The translations under genes were made by a program, and so were the position numbers. The notes beneath the pieces are model-generated. The model worked only from the letters and a program-made list of their open reading frames with translations. It did no database searches and was not told the origin of the DNA. DNA of 32,000 nucleotides, from assembly GCF_000025945.1 (NCBI RefSeq), contig NC_006138.1, forward strand, positions 2,460,001-2,492,000. Direction: 5' to 3'. Every line of letters starts with the position of its first letter. Within the stretch, counting starts at the first letter, position 1. Shown piece by piece: positions 1 to 9,390 of this stretch. The DNA comes from Desulfotalea psychrophila LSv54. GTDB lineage: Bacteria > Desulfobacterota > Desulfobulbia > Desulfobulbales > Desulfocapsaceae.

Positions 1-347
1 CCGGTGGTACACCCGATGGCAACGCCATTCCCATCGCCTCTGTAAAGGCAGAGCTGGCCATGGATGCAGCTGCCTGTATCGGTTGCGGTGCCTGTGTGGC
101 AAGTTGTCCTAATGGGGCGGCCATGCTCTTTACCAGCGCCAAGGTATCTCAGCTGTGCCTCCTGCCCCAGGGAGAGCCGGAAAGAAAACGACGTGCCCTG
201 TCTATGCTTGAAGCCATGGATAAGGAAGGATTTGGTAACTGTACCAATGCCCGTGAATGTGAAATGCAGTGCCCGAAGGGTATTGATATTCGCAATATTG
301 CCCGCTTGAACCATGAGTATATTAGGGCTGCTTTCAGTCAGGGATAG
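1..347 (+). CDS. frdB: Succinate dehydrogenase/fumarate reductase iron-sulfur subunit, C-terminal part (5' end lies upstream of the window)
   Basis: The frame is open from nt 3. Cysteine clusters CIGCGACVASCP and CTNARECEMQCP are typical Fe-S ligands of SdhB/FrdB. The stop at 345-347 is followed by a terminator hairpin. Confidence 0.8.
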   Translation, partial: GGTPDGNAIPIASVKAELAMDAAACIGCGACVASCPNGAAMLFTSAKVSQLCLLPQGEPERKRRALSMLEAMDKEGFGNCTNARECEMQCPKGIDIRNIARLNHEYIRAAFSQG

Positions 348-369
348 TTCTTTGCCCTGATTGAGTTCA

Positions 370-411
370 AAAGCCATTTCAATGCTTCGGCCTTGAAATG
401 GCTTTTTTTTT
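370..411 (+). terminator. Rho-independent terminator after frdB
   Basis: Stem agccatttcaa (372-382) pairs with ttgaaatggct (393-403) and is followed by a run of 9 T. Confidence 0.8.
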
Positions 412-592
412 GTCCCGGTCTTAGCAAAGGTTGAAAAATATCCCCTTCTTTAATTTTCTGCGTTATATTGAAAAATTCATCCAAAAAAATAGGTCTATCT
501 GGCCAGTATTTATTACACAGACTTTATAGTTTGGACCCTGGCTGATTTTAGCAACCCTACACCTGAGTCTTTAGTGATTAGAGAGCACCAGC

Positions 593-1651
593 ATGGAATT
601 TTTCGATATCGTCATAATCGGGGCAGGCCCGGCAGGACTTGCCTGTGCAAAAGAGGCAGGTAAGCGGGGCTACTCTGTCCTTGTTTTAGAGCGTAATGGC
701 CAAATTGGTCGCAAGGTCTGTGCCGGTGGCATTACCTGGAACGGCCTTATGCGACATATGCCGGGCTTTGCCACCGAGAGAGACTTTGCCAAACAACATC
801 TCTTCAGCCGCTACCAGTCCTGTTGCATTGAAGCAGATCATCCCATTGTTGCCACCCTTAATCGGGAACATTTGGGCAGGAGCATGGCCGAACAGGCGCA
901 AGAGGCCGGAGCCGTTATTCGCACGGAAGAACAGGCCCTGCAGATAGGGGCTGAAAAAATAACTGTCCGGGAGAGAAAAACAGGAAGGGACTATAGCGTA
1001 GCCTTTAAATATCTGGTCGGGGCGGACGGATCTTCCTCCCTGGTGAGACGGTATTTGGGCCAGCCGGTAAAGCATATAGGCCTTGGTCTCAATTTTCAGA
1101 TCAGGGGCAGGGCCGAGAAGATGGAGTGGCATCTGCGCCCCGATCTCTTTGTTAACGGCTATGCCTGGATCTTTCCCCACCAGAATACCATCTCCATTGG
1201 CGCCTATGCAGATAGGAGTATTTTTTCGCCTACAGAGTTGAAGAGACGTTTCCTTGTCTGGGCCAAAGCTCAGGGCTATGGGCTGGAGCAGGAGAGGTGT
1301 ACGGCGGGATATATTAACTACGACTATCGGGGCTATCGCTTTGGCTCGGATAATAATATCTTCCTCACAGGAGATGCGGCGGGTCTGGCCTCGGGACTTA
1401 CCGGCGAGGGTATCTATCCGGCAATTGTCTCCGGTATTGCCGTGGCAGAAGAGATCGCTGGCTGCAAAGACCACCCCGAATTAGAGGCAGTCATTAAGAG
1501 TCAGAGGATGCAGCGCCGAATTTTGGATATCAGCGGCAGAGGTCAAGTGCTTGCCACCCTGCTCTCGGAGGCAATGACCCTTGGTATGCGCAGTAAAATT
1601 TTAAAATTTGATACAGTTGAAATGGCTGGGACATCATCCATAAAAAAGTGA
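593..1651 (+). CDS. FAD-dependent oxidoreductase, geranylgeranyl-reductase family
   Basis: N-terminal Rossmann motif DIVIIGAGPAGLACAKEAGKRGYSVLVLERN. Downstream GADG and GDAAG motifs are typical of GGR/FixC-like flavoproteins. ATG start; 352 aa. Confidence 0.75.
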   Translation: MEFFDIVIIGAGPAGLACAKEAGKRGYSVLVLERNGQIGRKVCAGGITWNGLMRHMPGFATERDFAKQHLFSRYQSCCIEADHPIVATLNREHLGRSMAEQAQEAGAVIRTEEQALQIGAEKITVRERKTGRDYSVAFKYLVGADGSSSLVRRYLGQPVKHIGLGLNFQIRGRAEKMEWHLRPDLFVNGYAWIFPHQNTISIGAYADRSIFSPTELKRRFLVWAKAQGYGLEQERCTAGYINYDYRGYRFGSDNNIFLTGDAAGLASGLTGEGIYPAIVSGIAVAEEIAGCKDHPELEAVIKSQRMQRRILDISGRGQVLATLLSEAMTLGMRSKILKFDTVEMAGTSSIKK

Positions 1652-1657
1652 ATATTT

Positions 1658-1942
1658 ATGAAGAATAAAACAGTTGGCAGGGGCAAGAACAGACTCCTCC
1701 TTAATATAATCTTTGGTGTTTTTTGCGCAGGCGTCCTGGCCTTTTTACTAAGCGCTCCAGAGAAGAGCACCTCTCCCCTGCCCATGGACAGCGATCACAA
1801 ACGTTTCTATAGCATGAAAAAGAAGGAGGCGGAGCAGTACTGTATGTCGTGCCATGGACCTGCCAAGGAAAATGCCCTTTCCGCTGAACATCCGTCAAAG
1901 TTCCGCTGTCTCTTCTGCCATACCCGACCGGTGCAGAAATAG
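1658..1942 (+). CDS. Small membrane-anchored dihaem c-type cytochrome
   Basis: Starts 6 nt after the flavoprotein gene. Has an N-terminal hydrophobic anchor (LLLNIIFGVFCAGVLAFLL) and two CxxCH motifs (CMSCH, CLFCH). A diverged second copy lies at 19047-19313. Confidence 0.7.
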   Translation: MKNKTVGRGKNRLLLNIIFGVFCAGVLAFLLSAPEKSTSPLPMDSDHKRFYSMKKKEAEQYCMSCHGPAKENALSAEHPSKFRCLFCHTRPVQK

Positions 1943-1972
1943 TGAAACGACAGCTATCAGACTACAGCTATA

Positions 1973-2049
1973 GCAGTGGAGCGTAGTGGAATGGCGAGCT
2001 GTCAGTAGCAGCTCTTTTTCATATCCTTCATTCCACTACGCGTCACTGC
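1973..2049. repeat. Long imperfect inverted repeat (palindromic element); probably also acts as terminator of the cytochrome gene
   Basis: Arm gcagtggagcgtagtggaatg (1973-1993) pairs with cattccactacgcgtcactgc (2029-2049), 19 of 21 positions complementary. A T6 run follows at 2054-2059. Related arms recur at 19471, 19727, 21916 and 21965. Confidence 0.7.
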
Positions 2050-2335
2050 TAGCTTTTTTCAACGTGTTGCTTGAGAGCGGTTTTAACTTTTTGGGGAACA
2101 GGGATGGCTCGATCGTTGCCACCTTTTACCTGCTTGACGATGATATATGCTTGGGCAAAATCGATATCCTTGTCCCATAGTCGGTGGCACTCTAAAATTC
2201 GTAAACCACAACCATACATAAGTTGGCCATGAGTAGATGGCGTCCCTGACAAAAGAGAGCAGGAAGGATACTTCTTGCTTGCTCATCAGCACAGGCAGGC
2301 GTACAGCCTTTTTGCTTTTAGTAATGAAAGACTTG
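2049..2335 (-). pseudogene. Integron-integrase-like tyrosine recombinase, internal fragment (N-terminus removed by IS3, C-terminal catalytic half missing, one internal frameshift)
   Basis: The two overlapping minus-strand ORFs read KKAVRLPVLMSKQEVSFLLSF / SGTPSTHGQLMYGCGLRILECHRLWDKDIDFAQAYIIVKQVKGGNDRAIPVPQKVKTALKQHVEKS. This parallels IntI1 RRLPVVLTPDEV...[22 protein letters not shown]...GKGSKDR (from memory). It ends in a premature stop and abuts the IS end at 2336. Confidence 0.7.
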
Positions 2336-3610
2336 TGATCTTACCCCAGTTTTGTGGAGCCTTAGTTAAGCTAATTTTTGCAACAAATCAAACTGCTCTT
2401 CGAACTCTGCAGAACTTTTGTAGCCATTAGCTGAATGTCTTCTTCTGCGGTTGTAGTATGCCTCGATGTACTGGAAAAGTCCGTATTTTGCTGCTTCAAT
2501 ATCTCTAAAACTCCTATGATGGATATATTGTGTTTTCAACGTATAAAAAAAAGACTCTGCAACAGCATTATCCCAGCAATTACCCTTACGACTCATACTT
2601 TGCCTGAAGTCTTTTTCTTGGAGTAGCTGTCTATATTCCTTGCTTGCGTACTGAACACCTCTGTCGCTATGGACAAGCATTTCTTTGGTTGGGTTTCTTC
2701 GCAAAATTGCTTTACGTAATGCCCAGATTGTAGATTCTTTTTCAAGTGACGTACTCAGATTCCAAACAACAACTATTATAGAATAAAGGTCTATAAAAAC
2801 AGATAAATATACCCACTTGCTACCTACCTTGATGTAGGTTATATCACCAACCCAAACCTTGTTGGGGCTGCCACAGTGAAATTTCTGTTCAAGATATTTG
2901 GTGCAACCGGAAAAGCATGATTCGACTCAGTCGTAGTTTTGAACTTCTTTAGAGACTTACACTGCATTGAAGACTCTTTCATAATTCGAGCGACACGCTT
3001 TTTCCCCACATCTGCAACCTGAGCCTCTGCTCGCAAATCAGCAGTAACCATAGGACTACCAACCATTCCACCATGCTCAACATAGAGCTCCTGGATGAGA
3101 TTTTTAAGAATATTATTCTCTCTGCAGCGCTTTGAAATTGGTTCCTGCAACCAACGATAGTAGCCACTCTCTGAGATCAAAAGAGTCTGGCACATTTTCT
3201 TCACAGTGAAACGAGAGTGATGATTCCTGATAAAAGTATAATGCATCACTGTGTCCTGCTGAAAATGGCCATGGCTTTTTTTAGAATGTCCCTCTCCATA
3301 TTGATATTCTTCAATTCTTTCTCAAGCGCTTTGATCTTTTTCTGCTCAGAAGTAAGGGCTAAAATACCGTTACCAGGGAACGCTATCTCTCCCTACTCTT
3401 CATATTTTTTCTCCATTGATAGATCAAATCCACATGAATGCCTAGGTTCTCGGCAATTTCTATAATAGTTCTAACAGGTTCTAAACTTAAAAGGACAGTA
3501 CTACGTTTAAAATCTGCATCCCTTTCTACGCTTTTGTATAATCATGTGAGCCTCCTGTTACTCATATTATAACGAGTCCATATTAACTCCACAATATCGG
3601 GGGAGGATCA
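2336..3610 (-). mobile_element. IS3-family insertion sequence, decayed (1275 bp)
   Basis: Terminal inverted repeats: tgatcttaccccagttttgtggag (plus strand at 2336) versus tgatcctcccccgatattgtggag (minus strand at 3610). orfA/orfB layout with an A7 slippery run (ctaaaaaaagcc) at the orfA/orfB overlap. No clear target duplication. Confidence 0.85.
2366..3545 (-). pseudogene. IS3 transposase orfAB, inactivated
   Basis: orfB has the rve/DDE region (VWVGDITYI...HSDRGVQYAS...NCWDNAVAESFF...YNRRRRHSANGY) but carries a frameshift at the G4 run 2864-2867. orfA (start 3545, RBS GGAGG) has two frameshifts at G3 and A6 runs plus an in-frame TAG in KKYEE*GEIAFPGNG. Confidence 0.8.
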
Positions 3611-3611
3611 C

Positions 3612-3788
3612 TACGGAAATGTGCTCAACTGGCAGTACCAATTAAATCTAAAAGTCGATGATTCTACCTGGAAAATAAACTTTGACGATTGGATGTTTTT
3701 ATTAAATGACGATATGCTCATTAATAAGGCTACCATGTCAAAATTTGGATTCGAGGTCGGTGAGATAACAATCATCTTCCGAAAATAG
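3612..3788 (+). pseudogene. 3' fragment (58 codons) of a lipoprotein-like gene, DUF3833-like, truncated by the IS3 element
   Basis: An open frame starts exactly at the IS boundary: YGNVLNWQYQLNLKVDDSTWKINFDDWMFLLNDDMLINKATMSKFGFEVGEITIIFRK*. The C-terminal pattern resembles DUF3833 proteins that accompany CFA-synthase clusters (from memory). Confidence 0.45.
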
Positions 3789-3805
3789 CATAGTGACAGG
3801 ATGAG

Positions 3806-4357
3806 ATGATGACTACGATTCGTAACTTTCTAATAATATTTTTCTTATCATTTTTTGCAACCAATAGAATTTATGCCAGCCCTGTTACTAGCAGTATGCA
3901 AAAACTGGGAGAGGGAGAAGCGTATTACCTTGGATTTATAAAAGTGTATGACGCATCCCTGTACAGCTCAAAATTCTCAGGTATAAAAGATATACTCAAT
4001 GCTGAAATCTCCAAATGTTTGCACCTCGAGTATCAAGTTGATATCGAAAAAAATACTTTATAGAAGTAGCAAATAAGGTTCTAGACGACCAGTTCTCGAA
4101 AGAACAATTGGCCAGTTTACTAAGTGATATTAAACCGCTACATCAAGGATATGAAAACATTACAGACGGAGATAGCTATACACTGTGCTACAATAATAAA
4201 GACCAGATGACCACATCTCTCGTTCAACAAGGAAATTGTGGCTTTTGTTAAATCAGCCGATTTCGCAAAAATATATTTCAGTATCTGGCTGGCACCTAAC
4301 GCTCCTCTCGATGATACACTCCGAGAAGATCTACTTGCAGCCTTACTCAATAACTGA
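3806..4357 (+). pseudogene. Chalcone-isomerase-like family protein, two frameshifts
   Basis: A signal-peptide-like N-terminus precedes the reading frame. The frame continues in two other frames (EVANKVLDDQFSKEQLASLL..., then SFNKEIVAFVKSADFAKIYFSIWLAPNAPLDDTLREDLLAALLNN*). The first shift is at the A7 run 4047-4053 and the second near 4218-4222. Confidence 0.5.
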
Positions 4358-4380
4358 ACAGTGTTAAGGAGACAGGATAG

Positions 4381-4797
4381 ATGAAAACCTTTCTTCATAC
4401 GTACCAGAAATTAAACGCTCACAATCTCGAAACTCTAAAAAATATCTATAGAGATGATGTGCAGTTTATTGATCCCGCCCACGAGGTTAACGGTATTGCG
4501 AATCTCACAGAATACTTTGCATCCCTCTATAAAAACATCGACTCCATATATTTTTCATTTAACGAACCTGTCGTTGTTGAAAATTATGGCTACGTCAGTT
4601 GGAAAATGACTTTCAGCCACAAGAGCCTCGCCGGTGGTAAACCGATCACCATCGATGGAATGACCCACTTGAAATTTGATGAACATAACAAAGTATATTA
4701 TCACCGGGACTACTTTGACCTTGGGGCAATGCTGTATGAGCATGTGCCACTTCTTGGCCGTATTATAACATGGATCAAAAAGGGACTTGGCAAATGA
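4381..4797 (+). CDS. SnoaL-like / NTF2-family protein
   Basis: 138 aa with the typical small alpha+beta barrel pattern (LYxDDVxFxDP...). Its stop overlaps the next start (ATGA at 4794-4797). Confidence 0.6.
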   Translation: MKTFLHTYQKLNAHNLETLKNIYRDDVQFIDPAHEVNGIANLTEYFASLYKNIDSIYFSFNEPVVVENYGYVSWKMTFSHKSLAGGKPITIDGMTHLKFDEHNKVYYHRDYFDLGAMLYEHVPLLGRIITWIKKGLGK

Positions 4798-5510
4798 AAA
4801 TAGTAATTACAGGCGCTACTTCCGGCATAGGACGACAGCTCGCCATGGATTACCATGCTGAAGGTCACGAAGTCTACGCTCTTGGTAGAAACGAGCAGGC
4901 CCTTGAAGAACTTCGTTCCCACGGGCTATCCACTGGCAAGGTGGATCTCACCGATAAAGAGGCAACTCTTGTCTGGTTTTCAACCCTAGAGTCTGTCGAC
5001 CTTGCTATTCTCAATGCAGGCACCTGCGAATATGTCGATCTCCCTCAGTTTGACAGTAGCCTCATCCAGAGAGTAATGCGATCCAATGTTGAATCTATGG
5101 CCATCTCCATCGAAGCTGTCTTACCCCTTCTTCGTAAGAGTGCAACGGGACACTTGGCCGCGGTGGGCAGTTCTGCCGCCTACGTGCCACTTCCACGTGC
5201 GGAAGCCTACGGTGCATCAAAGGCCGCAATAGCATATATGATCAATACCCTGCGCATAGATCTCCACCAGGAAAATATTACTGTCAGCCTTATCTGTCCA
5301 GGATTTGTCAAAACTCCGTTAACAGACCTCAACGATTTTCCCATGCCATTTCGGATATCTGTTGAGCAGGCAAGTAACTACATTAGAAACGGCCTCTCTA
5401 AAAAAAGAGCTGAAGTTCATTTCCCAAAACGATTTACCGTGCTTCTCAAACTTCTCGCGCTTCTCCCTAGTCCTCTCTGGACTAAAATTGGTAGTAAAAT
5501 GGTAAAATAA
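4794..5510 (+). CDS. Short-chain dehydrogenase/reductase (SDR)
   Basis: MKIVITGATSGIGRQLA glycine motif, NAG, and YGASKAA catalytic motif. The ATG at 4794 was chosen because it sits directly before the TGxxxGxG motif and overlaps the upstream stop. Confidence 0.8.
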   Translation: MKIVITGATSGIGRQLAMDYHAEGHEVYALGRNEQALEELRSHGLSTGKVDLTDKEATLVWFSTLESVDLAILNAGTCEYVDLPQFDSSLIQRVMRSNVESMAISIEAVLPLLRKSATGHLAAVGSSAAYVPLPRAEAYGASKAAIAYMINTLRIDLHQENITVSLICPGFVKTPLTDLNDFPMPFRISVEQASNYIRNGLSKKRAEVHFPKRFTVLLKLLALLPSPLWTKIGSKMVK

Positions 5511-6751
5511 TGAGTCGTCAGAAAATTGCAATCATTGGCTCTGGTATCTCGGGACTTACTTGCGCCCATAAGCTTGCACCACACCATGATATAACGGTTT
5601 ATGAGGCAGCCGATTATATTGGCGGCCACACCCATACCGTACAGGTAGAAAAAGAGGGAGAGGTTTCAAACATTGATACTGGATTTATCGTATTTAACGA
5701 CCACACCTACCCGCACTTTATCGAACTCATGGAGAGCGTTGGCGTCGTAGCCCAGCCCACCGAAATGAGTTTTTCGGTAAAAAACGACGCCATAGGTCTT
5801 GAATATAACGGCAACAATCTCAACAGCCTCTTTGCCCAACGCAGGAATATTATCAGCCCGCGCTTCCTTAGGATGATCGTAGACATTGTTCGGTTTAATA
5901 AAGAAGTGGTAGTAGCCGCAAAAAAAGATCAGGACCTAACCATCGGTGACTTTTTGGCAGTAAAAAAATACTCCCCCATCTTTAAAGAAAACTATCTATT
6001 ACCGATGATATCAGCAATCTGGTCCATGGGACTGGAAAGTTGTATGGACTTTCCCCTACATTTTTTTGTAAAGTTTTTCGACAACCATGGCCTGCTCAAT
6101 TTGGTCAACAGACCACAATGGCGCTCAATCATTGGTGGTTCAAGTAGCTATATCGCACCTCTAACAGCCTCGTTTAAAGATCATATCCAGCTAAGCACAC
6201 CGGTTATTCGTGTTGAACGTGAAGACACATTAATTAATATCGTTACCGAAGAGGAAACAGTGCCTTTTGACCAAGTCGTTTTCGCCTGCCATGGCAATCA
6301 GGCCCTGTCTCTTCTTGCTCGCCCCACCAACAAAGAAACCTCTCTCTTAACAGAGTTTACAGCTTCAGCAAACAGGGTGATTCTGCATACGGATACCTCT
6401 TTTCTGCCAAAGAGAAAACTTGCCTGGGCCAGCTGGAACTACAATATGGTTGATGCGGCAAAAGAGCAGACGACCCTTACCTACAATATGAATATCCTGC
6501 AGAGACTTACTAAACAACACACCTACCTTGTGACGCTCAACCAGGATATTTCTGAACAACATATACTTCGCACCTTTAACTACAACCACCCCATCTTCAC
6601 CAAAGATGCAATCCAGGCTCAAGAAAAATGGGAAAATATTTCTGGAAAAAATCGTAGTCACTTCTGTGGAGCCTACTGGTTTAACGGCTTCCATGAAGAC
6701 GGCGTTAAAAGTGGTCTGCGGGTGGCCGCTGCACTGGAGAAGGGATTATGA
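5510..6751 (+). CDS. FAD-dependent oxidoreductase (amine-oxidase-like)
   Basis: IAIIGSGISGLTCAHKLA...VYEAADYIGGHTHT dinucleotide-binding motif. Its start overlaps the SDR stop (TAATG). Confidence 0.8.
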   Translation: MSRQKIAIIGSGISGLTCAHKLAPHHDITVYEAADYIGGHTHTVQVEKEGEVSNIDTGFIVFNDHTYPHFIELMESVGVVAQPTEMSFSVKNDAIGLEYNGNNLNSLFAQRRNIISPRFLRMIVDIVRFNKEVVVAAKKDQDLTIGDFLAVKKYSPIFKENYLLPMISAIWSMGLESCMDFPLHFFVKFFDNHGLLNLVNRPQWRSIIGGSSSYIAPLTASFKDHIQLSTPVIRVEREDTLINIVTEEETVPFDQVVFACHGNQALSLLARPTNKETSLLTEFTASANRVILHTDTSFLPKRKLAWASWNYNMVDAAKEQTTLTYNMNILQRLTKQHTYLVTLNQDISEQHILRTFNYNHPIFTKDAIQAQEKWENISGKNRSHFCGAYWFNGFHEDGVKSGLRVAAALEKGL

Positions 6752-7485
6752 AACCTTCACTTTATATTGGCACAATAGCCCACAGCAGGCAAATTCCCAA
6801 AAAACATCATTTCCAGTATCCGCTTTTTATGTGGTTTCTCAACCTCGATGAACTGGACCAACTACCTTATCTAGGGAAATGGTTTTCCACCTCAAAATGG
6901 GCACTCAGTCGCTATCACCGCCCGGACTACTATGGTGATCCAGACATCCCTCTCGCCGATGCTATTAAAGAGAAGATGCTGGAATTAACAGGCCATACGG
7001 TTGAAGGTCAGGTTTACGGGTTAATGAATATGCGAACTCTGGGCCTCTATTTTAGTCCGGTAAACTTCTATTACGGCTATGACAGTCTTGGGAAATTAAG
7101 CCATTTCATGGCAGAAGTATCTAATATACCTTGGAATGACCGGCATCAATATTGCCATTATATCACCGAAAGTGACTTAACTCCTGAGAACCCAAAACAA
7201 TTTCATGTATCCCCTTTTAACCCGCTCAACCAACATTATCGATGGGGACTCAAAGCTCCGACTGAAACAACTTTCGTTCAAATAGATGTCAATGATGAGC
7301 GGGGCCATATTTTTACCGCCAGGCTCGACCTAAAAAGACGGCCACTCACTTTAAAATCAGTGCGCCACGAGCTACTAAGAAAACCAGCAATGACCATTGC
7401 TATGGTGGCTGGAATTTACTGGCAAGCATTGAAAATCTATATAAAAGGTGTTCCCTATATTACTTACAAAAAGGAGACGATATGA
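6748..7485 (+). CDS. DUF1365 family protein
   Basis: GTIAHSRQIPKKHHFQYPLFMWFLNLDEL is the characteristic DUF1365 N-terminus. ATGA overlaps occur at both ends. Confidence 0.75.
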   Translation: MKPSLYIGTIAHSRQIPKKHHFQYPLFMWFLNLDELDQLPYLGKWFSTSKWALSRYHRPDYYGDPDIPLADAIKEKMLELTGHTVEGQVYGLMNMRTLGLYFSPVNFYYGYDSLGKLSHFMAEVSNIPWNDRHQYCHYITESDLTPENPKQFHVSPFNPLNQHYRWGLKAPTETTFVQIDVNDERGHIFTARLDLKRRPLTLKSVRHELLRKPAMTIAMVAGIYWQALKIYIKGVPYITYKKETI

Positions 7486-8729
7486 ATAGCATGACAAATA
7501 TATCTAAGTCCCAGCCAACAAAGGCCGATAGAACTTTTGCTACCCGTTGGTCACGATCTCTCCTTATGAAAATGCTTTCTGGCCTTCAATTCGGCCAGCT
7601 TATTATCCAAGAAGGAGATCAACAATGGAGCTTTGGTGATGGGAGTCACCCCCAGGCACTTTTGACTATCCACCACCCCATTGCCTATCAAAACATTCTC
7701 TTTGGTGGCTCAATTGGGGCTGGCGAAGCATACATAGATAAACTTTGGGATGTTGATGACTTAACCTCACTGGTTAGAATAATGGTGCTCAACATGTCCC
7801 TGCTTGATCGGATGGAAAAGGGCCTTGCCTGGTTACTCAGGCCAGTTAATATTGTGAGGCATTTCCTCAATGCCAATAATAAGAGTGGCTCAAAACGGAA
7901 CATTATCGCTCATTACGACCTCGGCAATGATCTGTACGGGGCTTTTCTTGATCCATCAATGATGTATTCATCGGCCATATATCCCAATCAGAATGCATCC
8001 CTCGAAGAGGCCCAACAACATAAGCTTGAAACTATATGCCAGAAGCTCGATCTGCAACCGACAGACACCGTTATTGAAATCGGAACAGGCTGGGGAGGAT
8101 TTGCAATATATGCTGCCGGAAAATACGGTTGCCATGTGACAACAACAACCATTTCCGACGCCCAACACCAAGAAGCAAAAAGGAGAATAGCTGCTACCGG
8201 ACTCAACAAGAAGATAACCCTATTACAAAGTGATTATAGAGATCTGAACGGACAATATGACAAGCTCGTCAGTATCGAAATGATAGAGGCGGTGGGAAAT
8301 CGATTTCTTCCAGAATTTTTTCACAAATGCGGTGCACTCCTCAAACCTGATGGAAAAATGTTAATTCAAGCCATCACCATTGCCGACCAGAAATACAAAC
8401 AGTATGTCAACAACGTCGACTTTATCCAGCGATATATTTTCCCAGGTGGTTGTGTCCCTTCAAACAACAGAATGGTACAGTTGATTACGGACAAAACTGA
8501 CATGGTTATTCGCCAGATTGATGATTTTGGTTTTGACTATGCCAGAACAATAGAAGAATGGCGCCACCGTTTCCACAAGGCATACGCTAGTCTACACAAG
8601 AAAGGATATGATGAGACATTCAAAAGGTTATGGGATTTCTACCTCTGTTACTGCCAAGGTGGTTTTCTGGAGCGATCCATAAGTGTTGTCCACGTTGTTG
8701 CAACCCGACCTGGCAATCGACAGCCATAG
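7482..8729 (+). CDS. cfa: Cyclopropane-fatty-acyl-phospholipid-synthase-family SAM-dependent methyltransferase
   Basis: NIIAHYDLGNDLY, SAM motif VIEIGTGWGGFAIYAA, SIEMIEAVG, and FPGGCVPS...WRHRF...FKRLWDFYLCYCQGGF are all CFA-synthase hallmarks. Confidence 0.85.
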   Translation: MNSMTNISKSQPTKADRTFATRWSRSLLMKMLSGLQFGQLIIQEGDQQWSFGDGSHPQALLTIHHPIAYQNILFGGSIGAGEAYIDKLWDVDDLTSLVRIMVLNMSLLDRMEKGLAWLLRPVNIVRHFLNANNKSGSKRNIIAHYDLGNDLYGAFLDPSMMYSSAIYPNQNASLEEAQQHKLETICQKLDLQPTDTVIEIGTGWGGFAIYAAGKYGCHVTTTTISDAQHQEAKRRIAATGLNKKITLLQSDYRDLNGQYDKLVSIEMIEAVGNRFLPEFFHKCGALLKPDGKMLIQAITIADQKYKQYVNNVDFIQRYIFPGGCVPSNNRMVQLITDKTDMVIRQIDDFGFDYARTIEEWRHRFHKAYASLHKKGYDETFKRLWDFYLCYCQGGFLERSISVVHVVATRPGNRQP

Positions 8730-8733
8730 ACCT

Positions 8734-9249
8734 ATGAAAACATTAATCAATGTCCTTATCTACCAGTCGATCTGGTTCCTGTCTATTCTTGGCGGTAATA
8801 GCGGTGCATGGTTTGGTCTATTGTTACTATGCGCCCATCTATTTTATTCAGCAACGAAAAGTGCAGACTTGCGGATGATTGGAGCCCTGTTTGTGGCAGG
8901 GCTGTTGCTAGATGGAACTCTACATCAAGTTGGCTTTTTCTCTTTTACTGAAACAGGATTTCCAATACCTTTCTGGTTACTGGTTATCTGGTTGGGGCTA
9001 GCCATAACACCGAATCATAGCCTGGCCTGGCTACAAAAAAAGCCACTGCTTGCTATGCTCTTTGGAACTCTTGGAGGACCAATTGCTTATTGGGCAGGTG
9101 TTCGTATGGGTGCTGCCCACTTCAACTGGGAGCTACTCCCTTCGCTCGGTACACTTGCAGTTATCTGGGGTCTTCTATGGCCTCTGGTTATGCATTTAAG
9201 TGTCATATCAACAAAAAGGTCTCAAACTCGTCTACTGACACATAAATAG
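8734..9249 (+). CDS. DUF2878-like integral membrane protein
   Basis: 171 aa with about 5 hydrophobic helices. It is the terminal gene of the cluster, as in other CFA-like clusters. The ATG at 8734 is preferred over the alternative start at 8683, which lies inside cfa. Confidence 0.55.
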   Translation: MKTLINVLIYQSIWFLSILGGNSGAWFGLLLLCAHLFYSATKSADLRMIGALFVAGLLLDGTLHQVGFFSFTETGFPIPFWLLVIWLGLAITPNHSLAWLQKKPLLAMLFGTLGGPIAYWAGVRMGAAHFNWELLPSLGTLAVIWGLLWPLVMHLSVISTKRSQTRLLTHK

Positions 9250-9390
9250 TAGTACCAGTTACCATTTGTCCATCCCGGTTGTATTTTTCTTTAGAGCACT
9301 AATTTTGCAAGTATATGCAAATTAATAAAAGAATATGAAATAAGGCTAGTAGAAAAAAAACTATAACACGCAGCAAAATGGTGAGTTTAT

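Larger units (their letters stand above)
1590..2107. repeat. Copy 1 of a duplicated module (3' end of GGR gene + cytochrome c + palindromic element + distal end of truncated integrase)
   Basis: Alignable by eye with 18985-19858. The same order of segments and the same integrase truncation point (ttttttcaacgtgttgcttgagagcg) occur in both copies. Confidence 0.85.

Noticed and set aside
686-1474. Long antisense ORFs inside confident genes (686-1474 -, 23544-24275 +, 25866-26612 -, 28253-28975 +, 24378-24812 +)
   Set aside because: These are shadow ORFs opposite well-supported, motif-bearing genes (GGR, pepN, dapL, hisHF). They show no RBS or recognisable domains.
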